From an uncultured delta proteobacterium (lineage in GTDB: Bacteria > Desulfobacterota > Binatia > UBA9968), in contig CAVUZH010000003.1 of NCBI GenBank assembly GCA_963745835.1, forward strand, positions 320,001 to 384,000: a DNA stretch of 64,000 nt, in the 5' to 3' direction. Each line of letters starts with the position of its first letter. Position 1 is the stretch's first letter. Shown one piece after another: positions 21,184-31,651 of the stretch. A program made the position numbers and the translations under genes. Under the pieces are notes generated by a model. It made no database searches. It worked only from the letters and a program-made list of their open reading frames with translations, and was not told the origin of the DNA.

Positions 21184-22182
21184 ATGAAGTTGCGATCGCT
21201 CGCGTTGGTTTATGTAATGTTTGCCGCTGTCGTGATGGACGGCTCAAATGCGCTTGCCGCGGACAAGCTGCCGTTCATCTATACGGCTCGGGTCATGTCG
21301 CAATCTTATCCCTGGATTGCGCAAGAAGCCGGATTGTTCAAAAAGTACGATCTGGAAGTGCCGCTTATCTTCGTTACGGCCGGCGCTCCGGCTGTGGCCA
21401 CGATACTGGCCGGCGATAGCGAGGTGACGCAGCAAGGAGCGGCGGCTTTGAGCCGCGCCTTCGTTCAGGGCAATCGAGATGTCGTCTTCATCGGCGGCAT
21501 TAAAAGCATACTCACCCATAGTATTATCGCTAAGCCCGACATCAAGAGGCCGGCGGATCTGAAGGGTAAAAGAATCGGCGTGTCACGGATTGGCAGCAAC
21601 CCCCATTATTTTGCGGTTCAGGCGTTGCGCCACTTCGGCTTGGAGAGCCGGGACGTCAGTTACATTCAAGCCGGCGGCGCGCCCGAGACATTGGCCGCGC
21701 TGCTTGCGCAGGGGATCGACGCCGCGGTCCTAACCGTGCCCACCGACGCTCAGGCGCTCAAGCTCGGTTATCATTATGTGGTATACGGTCCCGATCTGAA
21801 TATCGCCTACGCCGCCACCACCTTCAACACGCGCCGTTCGATCATGGCCAAACGCGGGCCGGTGATCGGGCGTTTTATGCGCGCCATGGCTGAGGCTGCC
21901 AAGATCATGCACACCGATAAAGAGTTCACTTACAAAATCATGGAAAAATACTTGCTCGTGAATGATAGAAAATTACTCGAAGCCAGCTACAACGTCGAGA
22001 TTAAAGCGCTAGAGCCGCGGCTTGCGCTCAAGCTTGAAGGCTTTCAATCGACTCTGGATGAAATCGCGCCCACCGATCCACGGGCCAAAACCGTCAAGCC
22101 GCAAGAAATGGTCGATACGCGTTATCTCGATGAAATGGAAAAAAGCGGATTCTTCGATCAGATCTGGGCCGGCAAGAGGTAG
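21184..22182 (+). CDS. NMT1/SsuA-type solute-binding protein
   Basis: AGGAGG RBS, signal peptide, PWIAQEAGLFKKYDL, DLKGKRIGVSRIG. Confidence 0.92.
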   Translation: MKLRSLALVYVMFAAVVMDGSNALAADKLPFIYTARVMSQSYPWIAQEAGLFKKYDLEVPLIFVTAGAPAVATILAGDSEVTQQGAAALSRAFVQGNRDVVFIGGIKSILTHSIIAKPDIKRPADLKGKRIGVSRIGSNPHYFAVQALRHFGLESRDVSYIQAGGAPETLAALLAQGIDAAVLTVPTDAQALKLGYHYVVYGPDLNIAYAATTFNTRRSIMAKRGPVIGRFMRAMAEAAKIMHTDKEFTYKIMEKYLLVNDRKLLEASYNVEIKALEPRLALKLEGFQSTLDEIAPTDPRAKTVKPQEMVDTRYLDEMEKSGFFDQIWAGKR

Positions 22183-22224
22183 GTAGATAACGTCGATTCC
22201 GCAGTAGAGATTAACAATGTGTAC

Positions 22225-22400
22225 TGATCAAGGGGCCAGCCCTGAGGACCGAAGGCACAGAAGGTAACACTACAATGCTGTCTGGGGTGCTTGGTCCAGG
22301 GCTGGTAATTTTCGTGGAGTCCGCTGCAGTGCCGGAGATTGCAGGCCGTTACAAGCCTCTGAACCATTGCATTTTGTTCTGGAGGCTTGGCGCTTGATCG
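22225..22400. ncRNA. candidate structured ncRNA (multi-branch)
   Basis: Closing stem 22225-32/22393-400 enclosing three hairpins; lies between convergent genes. Confidence 0.4.
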
Positions 22401-22454
22401 CTCTGTCAAGTTGAACTACGGCATCCAGGTTATAAGCAAGCGCTGCTCTGACGG

Positions 22455-22492
22455 AAAAAAACAGCGACCAGGACGTAGTCCGTGGTCGCTGT
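22455..22492 (-). terminator. intrinsic terminator of the Tim44-domain gene
   Basis: ACAGCGACCA-GGAC/GTCC-TGGTCGCTGT hairpin followed by a T run on the minus strand. Confidence 0.75.
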
Positions 22493-22526
22493 GACAGCTG
22501 TTATTTGGTCTGTTTATTTGTGAATG

Positions 22527-23516
22527 CTAGGCCTGCTGTACGGCCGTCAGTTTCCAAGCATTCGGACCGACGGGGCGGCTGAATGTCCAGTACTCTTCGA
22601 AATGGATGGGCTCAGAATCACTGCCGGAGACGACCGCGCCGCTTTTGGTATCGACGGTGTAATCCAAAAGATTTGCTTGCAGCCGGACGGTGATAAAGTC
22701 TTGGCCGGATTCGGTCCATGCCTCGCTGATCTCGCTCGAACTGAGAGCAATATTTTCCATGCGGTTCTGCCGCCCGGATGCGCGTAGTTGGCTTAACTCT
22801 TGTTCCCAGGTTTGCATAAGCTCGGTCCCGCAGAGTCTGCTCAGCGTCGCGCTATCTTGCTTGTTCCAAGCGCCTTGGACCTTGAAGAAAGTGTCCTGGG
22901 CGGTCTTGAGGAACTGGTTCGGATCGAAGCTGCGGTCCATCATCGTCAGCGATCTGTAATCAACATCGTTGAACGGGAGGCGCTTCCTGGAGCGGCGCGC
23001 TTTCTGGCGTGATAACCATGCTCGGCTGATAACTCGTGCTCGGTTGATAGCTGGTATTTTGGTATTGCGTCGTTCCGTAACCAGTTGCGGCCGCCGGACT
23101 GCGAAATCTTCCGGTAGAGAAAATAGCCGATACCCGCTATCAGCAGGATTTCGAACAACCGAAGCCGCTGCCGCCCAAGCCGCCGATACCGCCGAAGCCG
23201 CCGGCATTCGCCAACCTGAAAAGAGCATCGAGCCCAGAAACCCGCCGAGGACTGCGGTGCCAAGCCCGCGCATAAAGCCGCCAGATTGTGGCGCGAACTG
23301 TCCAGGTTGTTGTGGTGGTGGGGTGGCATCTCTTCGCTGCTGAGCCGGTTGCGAAGGCCGCGACGGAGCCTGGTAACTTCTCGAGCCGCGAAATCCACCG
23401 CTTCGCCCGCCGCCGGCGCGCGCGTCAGCATCCATTTCCAAAGCGATCTGCGATATCCCGATAACCGCGAAAAGGCCAAGCGCCATCAAAGTCATTTTCT
23501 TCGAGATCTTCATCAA
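22527..23516 (-). CDS. Tim44-domain protein; the middle appears frameshifted
   Basis: ARAGGGRSGGFRGSRSY N-terminus, GGFLGSMLF, C-terminal FFKVQGAW..NRMENIA..ITVR..LLDYTVD..FEEYWTF; the central Gly-rich/TM part is spread over other frames. Confidence 0.85.
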   Translation of the reverse strand: MMKISKKMTLMALGLFAVIGISQIALEMDADARAGGGRSGGFRGSRSYQAPSRPSQPAQQRRDATPPPQQPGQFAPQSGGFMRGLGTAVLGGFLGSMLFSGWRMPAASAVSAAWAAAASVVRNPADSGYRLFSLPEDFAVRRPQLVTERRNTKIPAINRARVISRAWLSRQKARRSRKRLPFNDVDYRSLTMMDRSFDPNQFLKTAQDTFFKVQGAWNKQDSATLSRLCGTELMQTWEQELSQLRASGRQNRMENIALSSSEISEAWTESGQDFITVRLQANLLDYTVDTKSGAVVSGSDSEPIHFEEYWTFSRPVGPNAWKLTAVQQA

Positions 23517-23603
23517 TCTATTCTCCTCATGGGAATGCTCGGATCACCAGGAGTCTAGTCGAAAGCCGCATTACAATCAATGCACCATTTCACAAGGTGC
23601 AGC

Positions 23604-23726
23604 GCCGGGTTGCCACTCGGGATCATTCGGGCCAAAGGTTCGTGACGAAGCAGAGCCGCGCCTGTAGAGCATATCTCCCCTCACGGTAACCTTGACCGAA
23701 TGAATCCCGGGCAGTAATCTCCCGGT
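23604..23726. other. long imperfect inverted repeat (rod hairpin; MITE or ncRNA)
   Basis: Five nested stems: GCCGGG/CCCGGT, CTCGGGAT/ATCCCGGG, CATTCGG/CCGAATG, AAGGTT/AACCTT, CGTGA/TCACG. Confidence 0.55.
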
Positions 23727-23831
23727 ACTTTGTAAACTTCAGGCGCAGGCTGACATCTCGAGATCCTTGTTATATAAGCGTGCTGCCCTAGATTGCTCTG
23801 GATTCTGGAATATACGATGGGAGGTCCTTGC

Positions 23832-24896
23832 ATGCGACGCACGACTAAATTTTTTTCGGTCATCACGCTTCAGTTGGGAATTGCTTTGTTGTCGTTCTTT
23901 CCCGACCCGGTTTATTCACAGACGCCCTACTATCAAGGTAAGACGATCACGATCCTTCGGGGAGGCGAGCCTGGCGGTTCCGGAGATATGCAGGCGCGCG
24001 CGTTGATTCCGTTTCTTAAAAAATACATCCCCGGGAACCCGACGATTATCGTAGAAAACGTACCCGGCGCCGCAGGCATGAAGGCGGTCAATCAGGTTTA
24101 TTCAACCGCCAAGCCGGATGGGCTCACGATTGCCGCAGTCGGCTCCGGTCTCGCTTCCGGCGCCATTCTGGGTCTACCGGGCGCTCGGTACGACATCGAC
24201 AAACTTATTTATTTAGGATCGACGGAACATGGCGATCCCTATATTTTCCTTAGCCGTAAGGAGGCTGGATTCGACACTTTGGATAAGCTCCGCGCAGCGC
24301 CGTCGGTGCGTATCGGAGCCCAGACCGTGGGCCATGCAATCTACGTGAGCGGGCGCATCTTTGCCTATGTGCTGGGTCTCAAGGACCCTAGAATGGTTGT
24401 CGGCTTCGGCGGCCCTGAACTCGACACCGCATTAACCCGCGGCGAGATCGATACCAGAGCAAACAGCGCCGATACAGTGGTGCGCCGAAATGCCGAGGCT
24501 CTCGCCAAAGGCGAATACAATGTTCATGCGACCCTGACGATTCCGAAAGGCAATCTCCATCCGCGTTTTGCCAATGTTCCTGATGCCGACTCGCTTGCAA
24601 AGAATGACAAAGAGCGGCAGTTGGTGAATCTATTCCGCGCTTTTATGTATCCGCGCTGGCCCTATGTGCTGCCTCCGGGAACACCTGAAGCCACCGTGAA
24701 GATTTTACGCGCAGCGATGGCTAGCGCCTTTAAGGATCCAGGTTTCAGCGGCGAGTTTAAAAAGCTCATGGGCGGCGAACCGTCGCCGCTGACCGGAGAG
24801 GAGGTCGAGACCTCGATTCGAGAATTGCCGCGTGATCCTGAGGTGATTGGCTTGTATAAAAAGATGGCCGAACACGGTCCGCTGCCACCGCGGTGA
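23832..24896 (+). CDS. tripartite tricarboxylate transporter receptor (Bug/TctC)
   Basis: YYQGKTITI-RGG-PGG-GD, IPGNPTIIVENVPGA, KPDGLTI, VLPPGTP. Confidence 0.9.
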   Translation: MRRTTKFFSVITLQLGIALLSFFPDPVYSQTPYYQGKTITILRGGEPGGSGDMQARALIPFLKKYIPGNPTIIVENVPGAAGMKAVNQVYSTAKPDGLTIAAVGSGLASGAILGLPGARYDIDKLIYLGSTEHGDPYIFLSRKEAGFDTLDKLRAAPSVRIGAQTVGHAIYVSGRIFAYVLGLKDPRMVVGFGGPELDTALTRGEIDTRANSADTVVRRNAEALAKGEYNVHATLTIPKGNLHPRFANVPDADSLAKNDKERQLVNLFRAFMYPRWPYVLPPGTPEATVKILRAAMASAFKDPGFSGEFKKLMGGEPSPLTGEEVETSIRELPRDPEVIGLYKKMAEHGPLPPR

Positions 24897-24974
24897 AGCT
24901 CGAGGAACGAAGTCTCAGCGCGCTTTGACGCAATTCAAAGCTTAGAAATCATATATGCGATCACCCCTGTAAAA

Positions 24975-25007
24975 GCCGAGACGTCTGACGAGGTCTCGGT
25001 TTTTTTT
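24975..25007 (+). terminator. intrinsic terminator
   Basis: GCCGAGAC/GTCTCGGT stem followed by a long T run. Confidence 0.75.
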
Positions 25008-25143
25008 GGCCTAGGCGATGAGGAGCGCTACGCCTTCTCCTACGCCAATGGGTGCTGTAATCGCACCGGCTTGCAAGATATTGTATGTTCCTAGCTCGAA
25101 GCATCCTGCAGAATAGCCTTTAGGTTTCAGGAAGACGAAGCAA

Positions 25144-26013
25144 GTGATTCGCAGAGTCGGATTCATCGGTCTGGGCATTATGGGAAAGCCGATGGCGATC
25201 CATGTCGCCAATGCCGGGTTCGATTTGATGGTTTATGACGTTCGCGAGGAACCGCTTCGGGAACTGAGTAGATTGGGGGCGAAGATCGCTCGGTCGGCGA
25301 GAGAAGCCGCCGAGCATGGCGAGCTCGTCGAGATAGCCGTGCTCGATGATGCGCAACTTGTATCCGTGTGCTTTGGCGAAGCGGGTGTTTTCACGGGCGC
25401 CAAGCCGGGGACGATGATCGCGGTTCATAGCACCGTCTTGCCTAACACATTACGTGCCCTGACAGAGAGCGCCTCGAGCAGAAACCTGATCATCGTCGAC
25501 GCGCCGATCAGCGGGGGAGAATCCGGAGCTTATGAAAAAAAACTCTGCTACATGGTCGGCGGCTCGAAGGATGCCTACAACAAATGCCGCAAAGTTTTTG
25601 CCAGCTCGGGAGCCGAGATTCTTCACCTGGGCGACATCGGCGCCGGCACCGCGGCGAAAATTATCAATCAGATCCTTGTCTGTATCAATATGATGGCAAT
25701 GTTCGAAGGGATGTCGGTAGCGGAAAAAGCCGGTTTAGATCTGAAGTTGCTGCAACAGGCGATTCATCACAGCGCCGGGCAAAGCTACATGGCAGATCAT
25801 TGGTTTGAGCGCATCGAGCGGGTGTCGCGATCCCCGGAAGCGCTGCGTCATCAGTGGGAGGGGTTTTATAAAACGTTATCCGTTGCGCTCGAGTGCGGCA
25901 AGGATCTCGGTATTTCTCTTCCGGGCACGGCTCTGACGCAACAGCTTCTAGGGAAAATCGTCGGCTACAATAATGAAGTAATCCATACCAAAGGAAGCAT
26001 TGATGGGCAGTGA
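25144..26013 (+). CDS. NAD(P)-dependent beta-hydroxyacid dehydrogenase (3-hydroxyisobutyrate DH family)
   Basis: GFIGLGIMGKPMA, HSTV, DAPISGG, MVGG, GAGTAAKIINQ. Confidence 0.92.
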   Translation: MIRRVGFIGLGIMGKPMAIHVANAGFDLMVYDVREEPLRELSRLGAKIARSAREAAEHGELVEIAVLDDAQLVSVCFGEAGVFTGAKPGTMIAVHSTVLPNTLRALTESASSRNLIIVDAPISGGESGAYEKKLCYMVGGSKDAYNKCRKVFASSGAEILHLGDIGAGTAAKIINQILVCINMMAMFEGMSVAEKAGLDLKLLQQAIHHSAGQSYMADHWFERIERVSRSPEALRHQWEGFYKTLSVALECGKDLGISLPGTALTQQLLGKIVGYNNEVIHTKGSIDGQ

Positions 26014-27163
26014 AAATTCCGTAGACCTTTACCGCACCGAGCCGGGCAGTCTCGCCGGCCGCTATCTCCGCTCGTTTTGGCAACCCATCTATCGCGCCAA
26101 GGACTTGCCGGTTGGAGAAGCCGTGCCGCTGCGGATCATGAGCGAAGAGTTCACTCTTTACCGGGGCCAATCCGGCGCGCCGCACCTCGTCGCGTTTCGC
26201 TGTGCCCACCGCGGCGCCCAGCTTTCGGCCGGGTGGGTAGAGGATGATTGTATCCGATGTTTCTATCACGGCTGGAAATACGACTCGTCCGGGCAATGCG
26301 TCGAGCAGCCCGGCGAAGACGCGTCCTTCAAATCCAAGATCAAGATTCGCAGCCATCCAACCGAAGAATATCTAGGGCTTATTTTCGTGTTTCTTGGTGA
26401 TGGCGCCGCTCCCGCATTGCCGCGCTACTCTGATCTTGATGCAGACGGCATTATTGACGTGCTGCTGAGCGAAGAATGGCCGTGCAATTACTTTAATCGG
26501 CTCGACAACCTGGGCGATCCCGTTCACGTGCCGTTTACTCACCGCGAATCGCGGAGCAGAATCGGCGTCGATGTCTTCGTTCCCGATCAGTTGATTGCGG
26601 AGGAAAACGACGTTGGCATCAAATTGACGCGGAAGCTAGGTGCAGGCAAAACCGAAGCGCGTTACATCCTCATGCCGAATATGAATCATCTAAGACATCC
26701 GCTGCGTATCAAAGGACCGATCGCAAAAGAACTCAAGGAAGGCTCGGTGGATCGGTTCTTATGGCGTGTGCCCATCGAGAACGGTCGCTGTTTGGGTCTC
26801 GGTGTCGACATCGTACATCTCGAAGGTGAAGCTGCGAAAAAGAAATTTCTGGAACTCTCCTCGGAAGTAGAGCCGGACGGGCCCAGCCATGTCGAGTTGG
26901 GCGAAAGAGTTCTCCAGGGCAAAGCGAAAATCAAGAATTTGACCGGGGCGGATAATTACGAGCTCACCAGGATCGAAGACTATGTTGCGCAAGTGGGGCA
27001 GGGGGCGATCGCTGATGAAAGCAATTTTCATCTGGGCCGAAACGACGTGGTGGTGATACTTTTCCGAAAGATCTGGGAACGAGAGCTGCGGGCATTATCT
27101 GAGGGACGGCCGACGAAACAGTGGAAAACGCTGGCGCGCGCGGACTTCAATGGTCAAGAATAA
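26003..27163 (+). CDS. Rieske oxygenase, phthalate 4,5-dioxygenase/LigXa-like
   Basis: GRYLRSFWQP, CAHRG...CFYHGWKYD-SGQC-EQP, DPVHVPFTH, EDYVAQVGQG. Confidence 0.9.
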   Translation: MGSENSVDLYRTEPGSLAGRYLRSFWQPIYRAKDLPVGEAVPLRIMSEEFTLYRGQSGAPHLVAFRCAHRGAQLSAGWVEDDCIRCFYHGWKYDSSGQCVEQPGEDASFKSKIKIRSHPTEEYLGLIFVFLGDGAAPALPRYSDLDADGIIDVLLSEEWPCNYFNRLDNLGDPVHVPFTHRESRSRIGVDVFVPDQLIAEENDVGIKLTRKLGAGKTEARYILMPNMNHLRHPLRIKGPIAKELKEGSVDRFLWRVPIENGRCLGLGVDIVHLEGEAAKKKFLELSSEVEPDGPSHVELGERVLQGKAKIKNLTGADNYELTRIEDYVAQVGQGAIADESNFHLGRNDVVVILFRKIWERELRALSEGRPTKQWKTLARADFNGQE

Positions 27164-27247
27164 TTTCTCGCGACCAGATCCAAGACTAACGGTGAAGGAG
27201 TTCCGACGCCGGCAATCTCTATTCGATTACAAACTTTTTATCAAACC

Positions 27248-28225
27248 TTGCTGGTGAGGACGGAAACAGTGGTAGTTAATTTTCTTGCGATCTTCTTTTG
27301 GATCTGTCTAGGGTCAATTCCGGCCGCGAAGGCGGAGACGGCAAAGGTGCACCGAACCGGTATTGGCAGTCCAAATGCTTTCATATTTGTCGCAGGAATT
27401 GAGAAGGGATTTTACAAGGATCACGGCCTCGATACGCTGACGATCATGGCCCAGCCGCAGGTAGGGGTTCAGGGTTTGATCGGCGGGAGTTTCGACTTTA
27501 GCCAGATTCTCGGAGCGAGTACGAGCGCCATTATGCGCGGTATCGGCCTCAGGATAGTCATGGTTTTTGATAGCAAACCGCAATTTTGGCTCTATGGCGG
27601 GCCAGACATCAAGACGCTGCAGGAGGTTAGGGGAAAAACCGTTGCAATCCAAACCATCGGCGGTGCTAGCGGTCATATGACGCGCGAACTTCTCAGCAAA
27701 AACGGCATCGATTCGCAGCGCGATGTGACTATTCAGGTCATCCCCTTAGAAGGTCGGCTGACTGCATTGAGTAGCGGCAGCGTCGCGGCGACCGTGGTGA
27801 ATGCGCCGGAGCGAACTCGAGCCAACAAGATGGGGTTTAACGAGCTTGCTTCGTACGGTGATCATTTTGAATATTCTAGTGGCGGAGTCGCCGTGACGGA
27901 TAAGATGCTGGCCGAGCGATCGGATTTTGTTAGACGATTTTTGGCTGGCACGCTGCAAACGTTGCAGTGGTACAGAGGGAATGAGAAAGAAGCGGTCAAG
28001 ATGTTTGCCCGTTTCAGCAAAGTACCGGAAGAGGATGCGCTATCTGTCTATCGCGCGTCGGTCAAAGCGTATACCGAAGATGGGACTTTATCGCCGGCAG
28101 CGCAGGAACGCATCGTCAATTTTCACAAAAACGAAGTAAAGATCGACAAAGACGTTCCGGCGCAGAGAATATTTAATTTCAGCCTATTGCAATCGATTCT
28201 GAGAGAGAAGGGTAGAGCGAAGTGA
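27248..28225 (+). CDS. NMT1/SsuA-type solute-binding protein
   Basis: EKGFYKDHGL, QGLIGGSFDFSQILG, DGTL; paralog of 32923-33893. Confidence 0.88.
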   Translation: MLVRTETVVVNFLAIFFWICLGSIPAAKAETAKVHRTGIGSPNAFIFVAGIEKGFYKDHGLDTLTIMAQPQVGVQGLIGGSFDFSQILGASTSAIMRGIGLRIVMVFDSKPQFWLYGGPDIKTLQEVRGKTVAIQTIGGASGHMTRELLSKNGIDSQRDVTIQVIPLEGRLTALSSGSVAATVVNAPERTRANKMGFNELASYGDHFEYSSGGVAVTDKMLAERSDFVRRFLAGTLQTLQWYRGNEKEAVKMFARFSKVPEEDALSVYRASVKAYTEDGTLSPAAQERIVNFHKNEVKIDKDVPAQRIFNFSLLQSILREKGRAK

Positions 28226-28238
28226 GTTCACCAAGCTT

Positions 28239-28267
28239 TAGGGGGCGGGTTTTAAACCCGCCCCTAC
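28239..28267. repeat. REP-like palindrome (GTAG type)
   Basis: TAGGGGGCGGGTTTTAAACCCGCCCCTAC between convergent genes. Confidence 0.7.
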
Positions 28268-28289
28268 GTTGCTGCTTATGCGTCGATTC

Positions 28290-29339
28290 TCAGAATCCAT
28301 ATTTCTCGAGAACGGTCATGGCCTTGTTGAACGCCGGTTGCAGCTCACCCCGGGTGCTGACGTCGCGATAAGCGTCACTCACAGCGTCGTCTTTGAATAC
28401 TTCCTGGACAGGGATGGGACTGTCCAACCTGCCTCTCTTAACCATTTCTTGAATAATCCGTTCGAGCGCATGACGCTCGATGCCGCCGTCCATCGGCAGC
28501 GCCCAACTGTCAACCCGATCCGGCGCCGAAGCGATAAACAGGCGCTGTTCGTCTTCATTATGGGTGAGCTTTCTTAACCGCGCTTCGAGATCGTGCAGAT
28601 ACTGAAAATTGTTTACGTCACGCATGAACCAGAACGTGCGGGTGATGGCGCGGAAGTATGCCCTCAGCTCGTCGCTGCGCTGCTCGATAGTTCTTCGCGG
28701 AGCCACGGTGACTTTGCCAGGTCGGCGGGGAAAGACCACGTTGGGATCGAGGATGACCGGGTAACCTTCTTTCTCCAGTTCATCCGAGAAAGGTGGTGAT
28801 GACGTGATGGCGTTTACTTTTCCGGAGCGGAGCATATCGATATGGGCCGGGTTGTTGCGGTAGCCGAAGACCGGGTCTTGGACCATTTCTACCTCGGTTG
28901 CGGGGTCGACGCCGGCCTCTTTCAAGGCCTCCTCGATAAAAAACTCGACCAGGCCGCCGCCGTCCGCTGAATTTTCGCGCACGCCGATCTTGCCGCCGCG
29001 CAGCTTGCTCATGTCGGTGATATGCTTTGAGCCGTACCATTTGAGAAACGGCGTGTAGCGCCAGCCGCCGACGATGTAGACGTCGGCGCCTTGTACGCGC
29101 TGGAGGATCGCTGATTCGGTGTCCACCGCGGTGGCGATGTCGACTCCGTGTTCCTTGATCGCCAATCCCAGAGTTTGGCTTTCCGACGGGCCGGGCAGAA
29201 GGCCGCTGCGCTCGTATTCGTAGCGCGAGAGACCTTCCTGTTTGAAGAAGCCCTGCTCTTCGGCGACATAGATGGCGACCCAGTGGCCGACGTGATAGTT
29301 GACATTGGCGATCAGAAGCGGCTGATCGAAAGTGCTCAT
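28290..29339 (-). CDS. SBP-fold (NMT1/THI5-like) protein without signal peptide, copy 1
   Basis: NYHVGH-VAIYVAEEQGFF-QEGL, KLRGGKIG, SGKVNA; polar N-terminus. Confidence 0.85.
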   Translation of the reverse strand: MSTFDQPLLIANVNYHVGHWVAIYVAEEQGFFKQEGLSRYEYERSGLLPGPSESQTLGLAIKEHGVDIATAVDTESAILQRVQGADVYIVGGWRYTPFLKWYGSKHITDMSKLRGGKIGVRENSADGGGLVEFFIEEALKEAGVDPATEVEMVQDPVFGYRNNPAHIDMLRSGKVNAITSSPPFSDELEKEGYPVILDPNVVFPRRPGKVTVAPRRTIEQRSDELRAYFRAITRTFWFMRDVNNFQYLHDLEARLRKLTHNEDEQRLFIASAPDRVDSWALPMDGGIERHALERIIQEMVKRGRLDSPIPVQEVFKDDAVSDAYRDVSTRGELQPAFNKAMTVLEKYGF

Positions 29340-30331
29340 GACGATTCTCCTTTTCCTAATTCCTTGTTCCCGATACGGACAAAGCTAAAGTCATAGACGC
29401 TTTCCGGTGCGACATCTTTTTCTACGTTCAAAACTTTTCTCTGGAGCGAGACCATTCGTCTCCTGAAGGGGTCGGGGGATGGCTCCGTCCTGAGAAAAAA
29501 GTTTGACTCCCGGTTCTGTAGAGCTCCAGGCCGTCGGCCTCGGAAGATTTTGTCGCGTTGGCCAGCCTGGCGGCGACTTCCTTCTCGTTGGCTTTGAGCC
29601 AGTAAAACGTCTTGAGAGCGCCGCGGATAAAACGGCGGACGAAATCAGGTCTCTGAGAAATATTTCTCTCGGTTGCCACCACGCCCGCCGAGACAAACTC
29701 GATATGGTCGCCGAAGAACAATCAATTCCTTGAAGCCCTGCCTGCGCGCGATGATCGTTTCAGGGTGGGTCAACACCGCCCCGTCAACCGCGCCGCTTAA
29801 CAGAGCAGCCAGTCTGTTGGGCGGCGGCTCGATGGCGCGCAGATGACGTCACGCATGGGTTCCATGCCGAATCGCGGCAGCAACTCGCGCGTCATCTGAT
29901 CCAGAGCCGCGCCAAAGCTGGAAACCGCCAACTGTTTGCCTTTTAGGTCCTGGATGCTTTTCATGTTTTTCGTCCCGAGAAGAAACCACGATGGACGCGT
30001 GTCGAACGCCATGATGATCTTGAGCGGCGCGCCTCTCATAATGGCGCCTCCACCTTGCCCGAGCATCTGGCTGTAATCGAAGCTGCCACCGATCAAGCCC
30101 TGAATCCCTTGGAGCATCCCGGCCATGATCGGTTGCAGCTCAATACCTTCTTCTCTGTAAAAGCCTTTTTCTTTGCCGACGTGATAGACGAAGCTGGTGA
30201 TGTTCGGCGTTCCGGCTACGTGGATCTTTGCTTCATCCAGAGCGAACGAGAGTTGGGCGGGACCCAAGCCAATGATTAAAAACGAAAGAACAGATATTCC
30301 GAGAGTGTCTTGGGTTTGGACTAAACTTCAT
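29336..30331 (-). pseudogene. NMT1/SsuA-type solute-binding protein with several frameshifts (decay or assembly error)
   Basis: Pieces in ORFs 29797-30267, 29428-29721 and 29391-29696 together match the paralog 32923-33893; the final stop overlaps the ATG at 29339. Confidence 0.8.
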
Positions 30332-30527
30332 CAAGTCCTCCGTGATTGCAAATCACTGCGAGTTACGTTCCGTTGAACGACTCGATCGCGACGCGTGAGA
30401 TTGGCCGGCATCGCCAGCCATCTTTACTGCTTAGTTCAATTTCGGTCAAACAGTTTGGCGAATATTCATTTATTTACTGACGTGTCGAGTTCGAGCCAGC
30501 GGAAAGCATCAAACTTTATGCGATTGC

Positions 30528-30556
30528 TTGACCTCGCGGATGCGCCGGACTATATA
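30528..30556 (+). promoter_or_regulatory. putative sigma70 promoter
   Basis: TTGACC-17 nt-TATATA, then GGAGG and the ATG at 30584. Confidence 0.45.
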
Positions 30557-30583
30557 AGACAGAAAAACAGCACGGAGGCGTGT

Positions 30584-31556
30584 ATGATATCGATTCTAGT
30601 TTTCGTCCTTTTGATTTTCAGCGGCACGTCGCAAGCGCTTTCGGCCGAGAGTCAGAAGCTTGATCGAGTTCGCATCGGCTATTCGTCGATCTCCAGCAGT
30701 CGGATTGCGCTTTGGGTAACAAGCGACATGAATTTTTTTCGAGAAAAACGGTCTCGCCGCGGAAACCATCGTCACGCCGGGAGTGCAGGGCACGCAGGCG
30801 CTTATCGCCGGCGAACTTCAGTTTTATCTTGGCGGCGTTGACTCAGCGGCGCTGGCGGCTTCGCGAGGGTCCGACCTGGTCGCCTTGGCCACTGCAGAAC
30901 CGATCGAATACAAGCTGATTACTCAGCCAAGTGTCAAAACGGTCAAAGATTTAAGAGGCAAAAAAATCGTCGTCGACCGAGTCGGCGGCACGAGCTACTA
31001 TATCTCGCTACAGATCCTGGAGAAGGTCGGTTTGAAGACTGGTGAGGTTGAACTGGTGCAAGTCGGCGGCGGAGGAAATCAAAGGGTGGCGGCCTTCAAG
31101 TCCGGGTTGGTTGCGGGCGTTGTTACATCCCCTGATCGATTCGAACAATTGAAAATTCCTTATCACGTTGTGGCGGACGCGATGGAGATGGGAATCAAAG
31201 TGATGGGTAATTCGTATCTCACGACCCGGAGTTTCCGCGATCAAAACAAGGACGTCGTGCTGCGTACCATGAAAGCACTGGTGCAAGGCAGGCGCTGGGC
31301 AAAGGATCCGAAAAATCGACAAGAGGTCCTGCGCATCTACAATCGTTATCTCCCCAGCCCGGACTCCTCCTTCATGGATCATCTGTACCGAAAAAACGTT
31401 GAATCGATGCCGCTGTATCCGTATACGAATATTGAAGATCTGCGCATTTTCCTGTCCTACTTGACAGACGCCAACCCAACTCTACGCAGCCTGAAATTGG
31501 CGGAGTTCGTCGATAACAGTTATCTCAAGCGGATCGAGCAGGAAACCGGCAGCTAG
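30584..31556 (+). CDS. NMT1/SsuA-type solute-binding protein, frameshift in a T7 run at ~30735
   Basis: Signal peptide and RVRIGYSS in one frame; removing one T restores FFEKNGL..PGVQGTQAL in the frame of 30783-31556. Confidence 0.85.
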
Positions 31557-31575
31557 CGCGACGGCTAGTCTGTCA

Positions 31576-31612
31576 CGAGAAGCGCTATGAGGCTTTTTCA
31601 GCAGCTTGCTAG
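31576..31612 (+). mobile_element. partial MITE (right end)
   Basis: TATGAGGCTTTTTCAGCAGCTTGCTAG matches the end of 2040-2197. Confidence 0.6.
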
Positions 31613-31651
31613 CCTAGCGTGGTCTCCCTGAAGTTCGCTAGATAATTCAAT

